Notes under the pieces: model-generated
Database searches by the model: none
What the model was told of the DNA's origin: nothing
Seen by the model: only the letters and a program-made list of their open reading frames with translations
Made by a program: the position numbers and the translations under genes
NCBI GenBank assembly: GCA_934229275.1
Contig: CAKQDN010000001.1
Coordinates: 11,596-75,595, forward strand
DNA from: an uncultured Clostridia bacterium
Lineage (GTDB): Bacteria > Bacillota > Clostridia > Christensenellales > Pumilibacteraceae
Length of the DNA: 64,000 nucleotides
Reading direction: 5' to 3'
In this document: in pieces, positions 55,125-64,000 of the stretch
Layout: every line of letters begins with the position of its first letter
How positions within the stretch are numbered: the stretch's first letter is position 1

Positions 55125-56687
55125 ATGCCGTTCGACGCAAAATCGACCGCTCACCCCAACTTGAAAGCGAGAGTGCTTCCGCACAACGACGAAGCAGAGC
55201 AGGCAGTGCTCGGCTGCGTCATGATAGACGAAAACGCTCCGATAACCATTCTCAACGAACTCAAACCCGAGGACTTCTATCAGAATGCGCACAAACTGAT
55301 TTTTCAGGCGATGCAAAACATTTCGCTTGCGGACAAGCCCGTGGACATCGTCACGCTCGTTCAGGAACTGGAAACCATGGGTTGCATGGACAAGACGGGC
55401 GGCATCACATATCTGACTGAATTGAGCAATTTCGTGCCCAGCGCCGACAACTACCGCCACTATCTCGAAATAGTCAAGAAAAACTCGCTTCTGCGCCAAC
55501 TCATTTCGGTAAGTTCCCGGATCGCCGACAACGCGTTCGAGGGCGACCCCGAGGATAAAGCGCTCGAAAAAGCCGAAAGCGAGATATATTCGCTGTCCGA
55601 AAAACGCGATAAAAGTTCGCTCGTGGACATAAAACAGGCGGTAGGCGAGGCGGTGGAGCAGATGGAATACAAGTTCGCTCACCCCAAAGAGGAAGTCAAC
55701 GTCCCCATCAAATTCCGCCAACTCAACTATTTCCTCAACGGTTTTCACCGCACCGACCTCGTGCTTATCGCAGCACGCCCCGGTCAGGGTAAAACCAGTA
55801 TCGGTATGAATTTTATCACCGACGCCGCGCTCGATACGAGCAGAAAAACCGAGGCAGGCGCGACCGATCCGTATAAATGCGCCGTGTTCTCTCTGGAAAT
55901 GTCGGCGGTGCAACTTGCAAACCGTATGCTTGCTTCGGTTGCGAAAGTGGATATGGGCAAGGCTCTTCGCGGCAATCTCGATCCCGACGAATGGCGTCGA
56001 ATCTCCGAAGCGCGCAAACGCCTGTCGCAAAGCAAAATCTACATCGACGACTCGTCGCTTACAACGCCTGTCGAAATACTGTCTAAATGCCGCCGTCTCA
56101 AAAGGGAAATCGGCGGATTGGATCTCGTCATGGTGGACTATCTGCAACTTATGTCGTCGGGTAAAAAGACCGACAGTCGTCAGCAGGAAGTCGCGGACAT
56201 CACCCGTACCATGAAAATCGCGGCGAAAGAACTGGACGTTCCCATTCTGCTCCTGTCGCAGATGTCCCGTGAAGTGGAAAAGCGCAACACCAAGGAGCCG
56301 CAGATGTCCGACCTTCGCGAGTCCGGTGCAATCGAGCAGGACGCGGACATTATCATGTTCATCTACCGCCCTCACAAGGAAACCGACCCCGTTTCCGACG
56401 AGGAAAAGAGCAAAGTGGAAATACATATCGCTAAGCACAGAAACGGCTCGACCGGTAAAGTTCCGCTGCGCTGGAAGGGCAGTTTCGTTTCGTTCGAGGA
56501 CATCGACACCAATCCCGAAACGGAAAGACGTGCCGAAAGCGTTCCCGAAAACAAGGGCAATTTCATCATGGGCGACGATGACGTTCCGCCCGCGCCCGAA
56601 GAGGATATGCGTGCGAAAATGAACATAGGTTCGGGCAGCATGGAAGAAATTCTCAAAGTTTCCGAAAACGACGACGATATAATTTAG
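55125..56687 (+). CDS. dnaB: replicative DNA helicase (DnaB family) with about 70-aa acidic C-terminal extension
   Basis: Walker A RPGQGKTSIGMNF, Walker B LVMVDYLQLM, RecA-like C-domain; AAGGAGG RBS. Tail ...DDDVPPAPEEDMRAKMNIGSGSMEEILKVSENDDDII. Confidence 0.9.
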   Translation: MPFDAKSTAHPNLKARVLPHNDEAEQAVLGCVMIDENAPITILNELKPEDFYQNAHKLIFQAMQNISLADKPVDIVTLVQELETMGCMDKTGGITYLTELSNFVPSADNYRHYLEIVKKNSLLRQLISVSSRIADNAFEGDPEDKALEKAESEIYSLSEKRDKSSLVDIKQAVGEAVEQMEYKFAHPKEEVNVPIKFRQLNYFLNGFHRTDLVLIAARPGQGKTSIGMNFITDAALDTSRKTEAGATDPYKCAVFSLEMSAVQLANRMLASVAKVDMGKALRGNLDPDEWRRISEARKRLSQSKIYIDDSSLTTPVEILSKCRRLKREIGGLDLVMVDYLQLMSSGKKTDSRQQEVADITRTMKIAAKELDVPILLLSQMSREVEKRNTKEPQMSDLRESGAIEQDADIIMFIYRPHKETDPVSDEEKSKVEIHIAKHRNGSTGKVPLRWKGSFVSFEDIDTNPETERRAESVPENKGNFIMGDDDVPPAPEEDMRAKMNIGSGSMEEILKVSENDDDII

Positions 56688-56872
56688 TTATTTTTAAGGC
56701 GCAAATAAGCCGAAAAGAATGTAAAGGTTTTTTTGATTTAAACGATTTATATCTAAAGTAATTGTAAAGAAGCAGTAAACAGCAAAACAAGGTTGGCTTT
56801 TCCGTTTTAACATCGCGGATTGACCAGCCTTGTTTTTTTATTGTTGTAAGGTGAGCACACATTTGACTTCTT

Positions 56873-56902
56873 TTGTAGGGACAGGCGTCCGTTGGCTGTC
56901 CG
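56873..56902 (+). repeat. REP element, variant 1
   Basis: 5'-TTGTAGGGACAGGCGTCCGTTGGCTGTCCG-3'; identical to the reverse complement of 15144-15173. Confidence 0.8.
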
Positions 56903-56908
56903 TTTAAC

Positions 56909-57011
56909 GGGAGGGTGGAGTCCGGGTCGCAATTATAAATTGCTTCCCGCTTTGGCTACGAATAGTCCACCGGACTATTCGCTTAACGCGTCGCGCCCCG
57001 CCCCTACAAAG
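56909..57011 (-). repeat. about 100-nt structured element (GTAGGGG-headed; contains perfect palindrome GAATAGTCC-ACC-GGACTATTC), copy 1
   Basis: About 95% identical to the reverse complement of 59692-59786. Ends (CCCCGCCCCTACAAAGG) resemble REP heads. Confidence 0.75.
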
Positions 57012-57122
57012 GCGCACAAGCCGAGTGCGCTGAATCAGCCGACTTCTTTAAAGCCTCTCACTCCGGGAGAGGTGGCACGGCGCAAGCCGTGACGGAGAGG
57101 GTAATAATAGGCGCGGACAGTC

Positions 57123-57152
57123 GGGGACGCCTGTCCCTACAAATCGGATGAT
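57123..57152 (-). repeat. REP element, variant 2
   Basis: Reverse complement TTGTAGGGACAGGCGTCCCCGACTGTCCGC. Confidence 0.8.
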
Positions 57153-57346
57153 TTCGTTTTGTCCTGTGCGTTTATCCTTATATCGTAGGGGAGGGGTCTC
57201 CCCTCCCGTTTACTTTAAAATCATGACTTCTTTAAAGCCTCTCACTCCGGGAGAGGTGGCACGGCGCAAGCCGTGACGGAGAGGGTAATTGCTTGAAAAA
57301 AATACCGTTCGTACGCCCTCTTTTCACCCACCTCGACCGCAAAAAA

Positions 57347-57402
57347 TCGTCCGAAAATCGTCCGAAAATTGTCCGAAAATCATCCGAAAATCACCCGAAA
57401 AA
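57347..57402 (+). repeat. five tandem 11-bp repeats (NNTCCGAAAAT), iteron-like
   Basis: TCCGAAAAT at 57350, 57361, 57372, 57383 and CCCGAAAAA at 57394: exact 11-bp phasing. Confidence 0.75.
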
Positions 57403-57476
57403 CGCGGCGGCGCGCTCGATTTTTTAAGATCCGGAAAAATACCGAAAATCGGCAAAGTCGCATAAATAAACATTAT

Positions 57477-57578
57477 TCTACTGAAAGACTAAGCGTAAAC
57501 TGCGGGTAACTAAGCGTAAACTGCGGGTCATCCGCACTTTACGCTTAGTCTTTTTCCTTGATTTTTCAGTAAAAATCG
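57477..57578. repeat. 21-bp direct repeat x2 (ACTAAGCGTAAACTGCGGGT) nested in an inverted repeat (TACTGAAAGACTAAGCGTAAA / TTTACGCTTAGTC...TTTCAGTA)
   Basis: Direct copies at 57488-57508 and 57509-57529; inverted arm at 57538-57575; about 80 nt upstream of the lipoprotein gene. Confidence 0.7.
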
Positions 57579-57655
57579 TGTTAAAATTTTAATGTCGAAC
57601 GGAAATCGCGCGAACGTTTGGCAAAAAAATACATCCGAAAAAGGAGAATTAAAAA

Positions 57656-58102
57656 ATGAAAAAAGTAAAAAGTCTGAAAGTTATTGCAGCCGTGCTGTGT
57701 ATGGTTGCCGTGTGCGTCGCTGCTTTGTCGTTCGGCGCGTGTGCAAAAACAAAAGACGACGGTGCTATTGATGCAGGAGTTATACAGCCCGATGATGGAC
57801 GTCCCGATTTTAATAAAATCTACGAAGACCTCGGCTCGCCGTATTGTTGCACCGTCGCAAAAGACGGAAGTTATCTTTCGGTTGATACCAACTGGCTGGA
57901 CAGAGACGATTATTTCGATTCGACCGCTTACAGCATATTATGCCAGGTTGTAGAAAAATTGGGTTTGCCCGAATCTCTGACAGAAGAAATGAATCACACG
58001 AGAGCAATCGACGGCAGGCTGAGTGAAAAGTATACTTATGTAACCGTTTCGTGGTCGTATCATCCGGATAAAGGGCTCGAAGCAACTTTCAAACTTAATT
58101 AA
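57656..58102 (+). CDS. hypothetical lipoprotein
   Basis: Signal peptide plus lipobox (SFGAC); 148 aa; AAGGAGAA RBS. Confidence 0.55.
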   Translation: MKKVKSLKVIAAVLCMVAVCVAALSFGACAKTKDDGAIDAGVIQPDDGRPDFNKIYEDLGSPYCCTVAKDGSYLSVDTNWLDRDDYFDSTAYSILCQVVEKLGLPESLTEEMNHTRAIDGRLSEKYTYVTVSWSYHPDKGLEATFKLN

Positions 58103-58133
58103 AAATGGTCGTAAAATCAAGGAGAATTAAGAA

Positions 58134-59471
58134 ATGATTTGTAACAAATGTGGGGCGGAGAACGAGGAAGGAACCGTTTTCTGCGGAACGTGCGGCGCTC
58201 GTCTTGACGGGAAAATCAAGTGTCCGTCGTGCGGAAAGTACATCGACCCTAGCAACGTTTATTGCCCCGAGTGCGGAACGCGAACGGACGGCAAAAAGAC
58301 CTGCCCGAAGTGCGGCTCGGTGGTCGAGGGTAAGTTTTGTCCGAAGTGCGGTACCGCCGTGGATAAAGCCGGGAGAATAGAGAACGCTAAAACGAAAAAA
58401 ATACTGAGCATAGTGTCTAATGCGCTTTTTCTTTGCGCAGTGGCAGTATCATTGTTGTTTATATTCTTAATCGGATGGGAAAGCAGTTCTTCAACCAAGT
58501 TTACATCGAACAGCGAATCGGCGAATATTTTCTATTTGTTCGGGAAGAAAAACGAATATTTCGATTCATCGTATAATTGGCTCCCGATAACGCTGTACAT
58601 AATTTCGTTATTGCTTGTTATTGGGTTTGCGACGATAGCGGCAATTAAATCCGTTCCTTTGTTTAAAGGTGAAAATAAGGGTGAGATAGTCACGTACTCT
58701 TTTGTGCCGGTAATCGTCTATTTTGCATTCTGTCTTATAGTCAAAATGTTTGTCGGAATGAGCAATAATGGTGATATTGAAGGAATAGCGACGGAAGCAA
58801 GTGTGAAACTTAATCCGGCGACAGTGGCAGGATTGATTATTGCGATATTACTATTTATCGCAGGATTGATATTGCATATTGTGGCAAATAACGAGAATGA
58901 AAACAAAAAGAGATATATGACGAACGCAATAAACGCATGTATCGGAGTCGGTATTGTGTTTGTGCTTATATTATTTATCGGTAGCACCGGAATAGATTTC
59001 AGGACTGATCTTCGTGAAAGGTCTAGTATTTATTCATCATCGTATAATGAGTCTTACATTGAAGGAAGGAACTCAATAGTACGTGTGGCTGCTGCGCTTG
59101 AGAAAAAAAGCCTGGGCTTGACTGCTATGTTGTTTGGCATTGCAGCCGTAGCGTTGGCGGTTTATATCGCGATCGTGGCTTTGAAAAAAACGAATAGCAA
59201 AACCTCGATGTTGAGAGTTATTCTTTCGTCGTTGGAAGTTGCGCTGTCGATTGTTTTTATGATTTTTACTTTAGTACTATCCGGTAAATATGAAAAATCT
59301 TTAAACCCAGACCCCACCTCGTATGTTATATGTACAGGTTCGGCATCTGCGCCGATGTTTGTCGGAGTTATCGTTTTTGCGGTTTTATTGTTGGCTTCGT
59401 CGATAGTTGCTTGCGTTTTGGAAAAGAAAACCGCTAATGCAGCAGGGGCAGATTATAATTACGACATGTAA
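58134..59471 (+). CDS. zinc-ribbon-domain polytopic membrane protein
   Basis: N-terminal 4x CxxCG...CxxCG zinc ribbons (residues 4-75) followed by about 8 TM helices; AAGGAGAA RBS; no further functional assignment. Confidence 0.6.
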   Translation: MICNKCGAENEEGTVFCGTCGARLDGKIKCPSCGKYIDPSNVYCPECGTRTDGKKTCPKCGSVVEGKFCPKCGTAVDKAGRIENAKTKKILSIVSNALFLCAVAVSLLFIFLIGWESSSSTKFTSNSESANIFYLFGKKNEYFDSSYNWLPITLYIISLLLVIGFATIAAIKSVPLFKGENKGEIVTYSFVPVIVYFAFCLIVKMFVGMSNNGDIEGIATEASVKLNPATVAGLIIAILLFIAGLILHIVANNENENKKRYMTNAINACIGVGIVFVLILFIGSTGIDFRTDLRERSSIYSSSYNESYIEGRNSIVRVAAALEKKSLGLTAMLFGIAAVALAVYIAIVALKKTNSKTSMLRVILSSLEVALSIVFMIFTLVLSGKYEKSLNPDPTSYVICTGSASAPMFVGVIVFAVLLLASSIVACVLEKKTANAAGADYNYDM

Positions 59472-60016
59472 ATTATTCAGACACACCACCACCCGTTTTA
59501 AGGCACTCTTGCCCGATGGATAAAATCGGATAGGGGTGCCTGTTTTTTTAAAGTGGGACATGGATGGTCGTCGTCGGAGTTGATCGCGTATCGGAGTGGT
59601 TAAATAACCCTCTTCGTCGGCTGCCGCCGCCATCTCTCCCAGTGGGCGAGGCTTTAAAGAGGACGATTTTAAAGCACCAAGGTTTGAGCGACTTTGTAGG
59701 GGAGGGGCGCGACGCGTTAAGCGAATAGTCCGGTGGACTATTCGTAGCCAAAGCGGGAAGCAATTTATAATTGCGACCCGGACTCCCCCCCCTCCCGAAA
59801 ATAATCCCACCGTCTTCTCGCTATGCTCGAAGCCACCTCCCTTGCATAGCAAAGGAGGCTTTAAAGAGGTCGATTATTTTAAAGTAAGCGGATAGAAGGT
59901 AGCGCCCTGTCCCTACAAAAAAAGTCAAAAGTGCGTTCTCCCAACTTCCCCTAACTCAAAAGTTTTTTGCCTACTTTTTTTCAAAAAAGTACGGTGCTTT
60001 TTTACAAAAAAGTAAG
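59472..60016. repeat. BIME-like mosaic cluster 3 (terminator hairpin, inverted family-A hairpins, about 100-nt element copy 2, truncated REP, family-D palindrome)
   Basis: Hairpin plus T-run 59492-59548, family A (inverted) 59600-59665 and 59833-59880, long element 59692-59786, REP half CCTGTCCCTACAA at 59906-59918, family D at 59953-59994. Confidence 0.8.
59692..59786 (+). repeat. about 100-nt structured element, copy 2 (inverted relative to copy 1)
   Basis: 5'-TTGTAGGGGAGGGGCGCGACGCGTTAAGCGAATAGTCCGGTGGACTATTCG...GGACTCCCCCCCCTCCCG-3'. Confidence 0.75.
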
Positions 60017-60367
60017 TCAGCCGACGAGGAAATCGGTGGCGGAGGAGAAAATATCGTTTACTTTCCGATCGGTCACGGAATAGAAAACGACCTTTCCGTC
60101 GCGTTTGTACTTAACGAAACCGCTGCCGCGAAGCGTTTTCAGTTGGTGCGAAACGGTGGTCTGGTTAAGCCCGAGCAAAAGCGAAATATCCCCCACGCAC
60201 ATGGGCGTAATCGACAATGCCGACAGAATTTTAAGCCGGGTTCTGTCGCCGAGCACGGCAAACAGGTCGGAAAGGCGCAAAAGAGCGTCCTCGCCGGGCA
60301 TGTACTTTTCGACTTTCATGGCGCTGGGCGCGTCGAGCGTAAGGCTTTCGAGAATGTTTTGATTCAT
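60017..60367 (-). CDS. ArsR/SmtB-family metalloregulatory transcriptional repressor
   Basis: Winged HTH LSDLFAVLGDRTRLKILSAL ... DISLLLGLNQTTVSHQLKTLR; AAGGAGAAT RBS. Confidence 0.8.
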   Translation of the reverse strand: MNQNILESLTLDAPSAMKVEKYMPGEDALLRLSDLFAVLGDRTRLKILSALSITPMCVGDISLLLGLNQTTVSHQLKTLRGSGFVKYKRDGKVVFYSVTDRKVNDIFSSATDFLVG

Positions 60368-60783
60368 TTTTATATTCTCCTTATAATAAAATTCGGTCGT
60401 ACGGCATAGAATAAGCGTACGGGTGATTATGTGTACATTATAGCACGCATATTCGTACGCAAAATGTCGATAAATTCACTTTGGAGGCGTATTACGCAGA
60501 AATATGAACGACAAAAACATTTTTAAATTATTACTCGTGGTGCTGCTGATGGCAAACAACCATGGTTCGGGAGGCGACTGCCGCGAATCGACTTTTTACG
60601 GCGGCGCAGGCGACATAATAATACTCGCGCTGCTTCTCGGCATACTCGACGACGGCGAAAACTCGACCTCGCTTCTCTCGACCGACACCACGTTCTGACC
60701 GCGAAAAAGGCGTTATTCCGACTATTTATGAAGTCATTAGCAATCGTTATGCGTAAATCGTCGCGACAAGAGTAAAATTTCTC

Positions 60784-60822
60784 GTCAACATTGTTGACAG
60801 ACCGTGACAAAAGTAGTATAAT
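60784..60822 (+). promoter_or_regulatory. perfect-consensus sigma-A promoter with 7-1-7 palindrome GTCAACA-T-TGTTGAC over the -35
   Basis: TTGACA 60794-60799, 17 nt, TATAAT 60817-60822; drives the large surface-protein gene. Confidence 0.55.
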
Positions 60823-60897
60823 TAGTGTATCATTGCTTGGTGTGAAGTCGGACAGGCTGTCGCGCAGGAGCAAAAAAATCGAAAAGGAGAAAAATAT

Positions 60898-63800
60898 GAA
60901 AAGAAGATTTGTTGTTCTGATCTGCGTGCTTTGCGCCGTGATGATGGCATGTCCGTTTTTCGCTGCCTGTGACGGCACGCCCGGTCAGACGGACGACGAA
61001 AAGACGTACAGCGTCGTGTTCGATCAAACCGAGATGACGCTTGTCGTCGGCGAAACGAAAACGGTCGGCGTTACGTTCAGCGGCGGAGACACGGTTGAAA
61101 TCAAAATTCAGCCGGAAGACGTCGCGTCTTATGCCGACGGTAAGATCACCGCTCTCAAAGCGGGCAACGCAACCGTAACGGCTAAAATCGGCGACAAGAG
61201 CGCAACCATGAAACTCGTCGTCGAGGCTCGGAAATATTCCGTCACGATCGACGGAGTCAAGAGCGAGGTCGATGCCGGAAGTTATCTCGATAAGCCCTCC
61301 GACCCCAAAAAGGACGCAACTACGGAACATGAGTATGTGTTCGACGGCTGGTATATCGCCGGCACCGGCACTAAATGGGACTTCGCGAAAGATACCGTCA
61401 AAAGCGATCTCGTCCTCGAAGCGAAATTCACCGAAAATCCGAGAATGTATTGGATTGCGTTCGGCAGCGAATTCGTTAAAGGTTACTACGGTCAACTTCT
61501 CGAAAAACCCGAAGATCCCACGAAGCCCAACGAAGGCGAAAATTCTTATGTGTTCGACGGCTGGTATATCGTCGGTACCGACACTAAGTGGGACTTCGAA
61601 AAAGACACCGTAACCGGAAAAGTCAATCTCGAAGCACGCTTTACCACGGTAGTCGCACAGTACACTTATACCTACGAAATCAAACTTAAAAAAGAAAACG
61701 TCATGGGCGCGGCGTACGAACTCGGCGTTATAGACTATTCCGCAGTCACGGCTACGCTTGTAAAAGGAGATCAGACCACCGCTCTCGAAGTTAAAGACGG
61801 AAAGGTGGACGTCGTTGCTACACGCGGTCAGTACGACGTTGTATTTGCTTATAAAGGTCAGTCGATAAAAAAATCGCTTTATTTGCAGGCAAACGGCAAT
61901 GCCGATATCGAATTCGAGAACGAAAAACCCGTCCTCGGCGGTAAAGCAGGCGAACTTCCTTCGTTTAACGGCGGATGGACTCGCAGCGACGACGGCAATA
62001 CTCTCACCGTAACCGGAACGTCGTATGTGTATATCCAGAACGCACAGCCCACCGAAACCGTTTATTACGAAGCAAACGTTTCTTTCACTCAGGGCGTCGG
62101 CAGCATGACCGGTTTTATGCCGGCAGCCGAACATAAATCGCTCGAAGGCAACGACGGCGGCAAAAAACTCTTGTTCTCGTACAGCGCCGGAAACAAGATT
62201 TACTATCAGGAAGTCGCAGGCTGGTCGGGCGCCGGAATTACCACAATGACCTCGCTGGCTTCGGCTCAGTATCCTCTCGATAAATTTAAGATGGGTATCG
62301 CGCGTCGCGGAAACGAATATTTCATTTTCATGAACGACAAACCCATGGGTTATTACAAATCCGATTATATCGAAGGCGCGGGAGATTTCGGTTTTGCTCA
62401 GACGAACGGAAGCACGAAAATTACCTACACCGACGTTAAATACACCACAAAAGCAGACGTCGTCGAACAGATTATAGAAAAGAATAAAGCAAATGCTTAC
62501 CTCGGAGGTAAATTCAATTACCCGGACGGCAAAAAATACGATTCGTTCGCTTCCAGATGGACTATCACGAGCGCAAACGGCGGTTACCTTAACCCGACCA
62601 CTTACGTTTATGCAAGCGAGCAGGTCGGAAACGTCTACTATCAGGAAGTTAACTTCTCTGCAGGCGCAGGTTGGGTCGGACTTCTCGTCAACACGCTCGA
62701 CGGTCAGCCTTGCGATAACAAAGGCTGGTACGGCTACGGCGTGCTTTACGGATCTCTTTATCTGCACAAATTCAGCAGTTGGTACGAAGGCGATCCGCTC
62801 GGCGACGTAGGCACAAACGGCAAGGCGTTCAAAATGGGCGTCGCGCGTATTTACGACAGATATTTCGTTTATATCAACGATAAATTTGTTCGCTCCGACG
62901 TCGTAACCGCTTATTCCACCGCGAATAAAGCCAAGGCGTTGCCTGCCGGCAATATGTCCGGATTCGGATTGTTCCGCGGCAGCAACGAAGAAAACCTTAA
63001 TCAGAGAATAGATTTCAGCAATTATTACTACACCACCGATCTCGAAGAAGTAAGCAAAAAGGTGGGAAGTGCCGCTATCGCAACGTTCGACTCGACGGTC
63101 ACCATGACTCAGAACGGTAAAAAGGTTAATAGCGGCGACGTACTCTATGCCGGAATTCCCGTCGAAATGGGCTTCAACGCTCCCGAAGGAAAGGCAATCA
63201 AGAGTTATAAACTCACGCGCGACGGAAAAGACGTCGATTTGAAAATAGACGGAACGTCTTTGTACTTCACCCCCGAAGTAAGCGGCAAATACGTCGCGAC
63301 GGCGGAATTCACCGAAGCAGGCGAAGCAACGCTCGATCTCACGGTTAAACCCGTCGAACGCAAAGCAGGTGATAAGACGTATTCGCTGTATGACATGAAC
63401 GTCGATTACAGCAAAGTACATGTATCCGTTCTCAATTTCACCACTGCAAAGGAAACCACGTTCTATATGAGCGGCGCGAACATGACGCAGAAGGTGACGA
63501 GCGGATATTGCAAGATTACCGTAACGTACAAAGATAACAGTTACGTTAAGTACCTCACGATCGAACCCGGCACGACTTTCGAATATCTGACCTATGTATC
63601 CGAAGTATATCTCGGCGGTAAGATCAACAACATCACCGGCGAGCATCTGTCTTTCGACAAAGCACCCGTCGGCTCGACTTCCGGAAACGGATGGGCGCTC
63701 GTAAACGGCAGACGCGATACGGTTCGCATCACCGGTTACACCTACGCATATCAGAACGGCATCATCGGCAATAAGTATTACGTCGAAGGTACTTTCGACA

Positions 63801-64000
63801 GCACCACGCGACTCGACATCGGCAATAATTTCGCAGGACTTTTGGTAAGCCACGGCGAAAAAGACTTAAGCGGCAACGGCGACAAGAAATTCGAAGTCAC
63901 AATACTCGGCGGAGGAATTTTCGCTCTGTATGTGCCTACGCAGTGGAGCCCCGAAAATATCTTCTCGGTAGGTAACTATGCGGACGTTGTGGGCGTTTAC
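60898..64000 (+). CDS. large cell-surface lipoprotein with Big_2 and tandem Listeria-Bacteroides-repeat (Flg_new) domains; 3'-partial at window end
   Basis: AAAAGGAGAAAAA RBS; signal peptide plus lipobox (FFAAC); Ig-like Big_2 segment (TLVVGETKTVGV...KLVV); two Flg_new repeats (YVFDGWYIAGTGTKWDFAKDTV, YVFDGWYIVGTDTKWDFEKDTV); beta-rich downstream domains; ORF open to window end. Confidence 0.8.

Larger units (their letters stand above)
56786..57300. repeat. BIME-like mosaic cluster 2 (terminator module, REP v1, about 100-nt structured element, family-A hairpins x2, REP v2, GTAGGGGAGGGG hairpin)
   Basis: Terminator module 56786-56840, REP v1 56873-56902, long element 56909-57011, family A 57040-57110 and 57223-57293, REP v2 57123-57152, GTAGGGGAGGGG-N-CCCCTCCC at 57184-57208. 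Confidence 0.8.

Noticed and set aside
57347-57578. Chromosomal origin of replication (next to the dnaB helicase gene)
   Set aside because: No clustered DnaA boxes (TTATCCACA-like) or dnaA/dnaN genes nearby; the repeat units do not resemble DnaA boxes. It is more likely a regulatory or mobile-element-associated array.
60504-60698. 64-aa ORF divergent from the ArsR gene
   Set aside because: Nearest GGAGG is 15 nt from the ATG (too far) and the peptide has no coherent hydrophobic or conserved pattern; probably non-coding.
60830-63853. 1007-aa ORF on the minus strand (largest ORF in the track for this region)
   Set aside because: It is antisense to the plus-strand gene starting at 60898. The plus-strand gene has a strong RBS, signal peptide/lipobox and recognisable Big_2 and Listeria-Bacteroides-repeat domains. 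The minus-strand product is Arg/Val/Phe-rich nonsense typical of the reverse frame of GC3-rich coding DNA. The plus-strand gene is missing from the track only because it has no stop within the window.

Overview
This 64-kb window reads as a chromosomal segment from a moderately high-GC Firmicutes/Clostridia-type genome. The evidence for that placement is the gene content (spoVG, a yyaC-like gene, DnaD plus DnaI helicase-loader genes, an FtsB/DivIC-like gene, a PrsA-like lipoprotein after mfd) and the many near-consensus sigma-A promoters. Coding density is high and almost entirely housekeeping:
- RNA and translation: dusB, mnmG, pth, typA, a YqeY-like protein.
- Replication and repair: dnaB helicase, dnaD/dnaI, sbcCD, mfd.
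- Stress and chaperone: htpG.
- Cell envelope: murC, GT28, an O-antigen-ligase-like protein, a PglF-like dehydratase, ftsB.
- Transport: a PotABCD polyamine importer with an XRE-cupin regulator, an amino-acid ABC system, an ArsB/NhaD-like permease, a DMT and a CvpA protein.
- Carbohydrate: a GH2 beta-galactosidase, a sugar-phosphate isomerase, a Gfo/Idh/MocA enzyme.
- Other: pepF, ppx, a HAD phosphatase, TetR and ArsR regulators.
- At the 3' edge, a large Big_2/Listeria-Bacteroides-repeat surface lipoprotein runs off the window.

No rRNA, tRNA or CRISPR was seen.

The non-ordinary part of the window is a REP/RAYT system. An intact REP-associated tyrosine transposase gene (51473-51997, with HuH and Tyr motifs) is accompanied by at least six copies of a GTAG-headed imperfect-palindrome REP in two loop variants. 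One copy lies in-frame inside the RAYT ORF. Other GTAG-headed hairpin families and a ~100-nt structured element also occur.

These repeats are packed into three mosaic BIME-like intergenic clusters (about 14.95-15.66 kb, 56.79-57.30 kb, 59.47-60.01 kb). The last two clusters bracket, in inverted orientation, a 2.7-kb cassette encoding a lipoprotein and a zinc-ribbon polytopic membrane protein.

Other things worth a second look:
- An 11-bp-phased 5x iteron-like array with a nearby 21-bp direct/inverted repeat block.
- A 26-codon Lys-rich ORF with a consensus Shine-Dalgarno in the otherwise empty 1.1-kb gap.
- A circularly permuted family-3 solute-binding lipoprotein.
- Several housekeeping proteins with acidic low-complexity insertions or tails.
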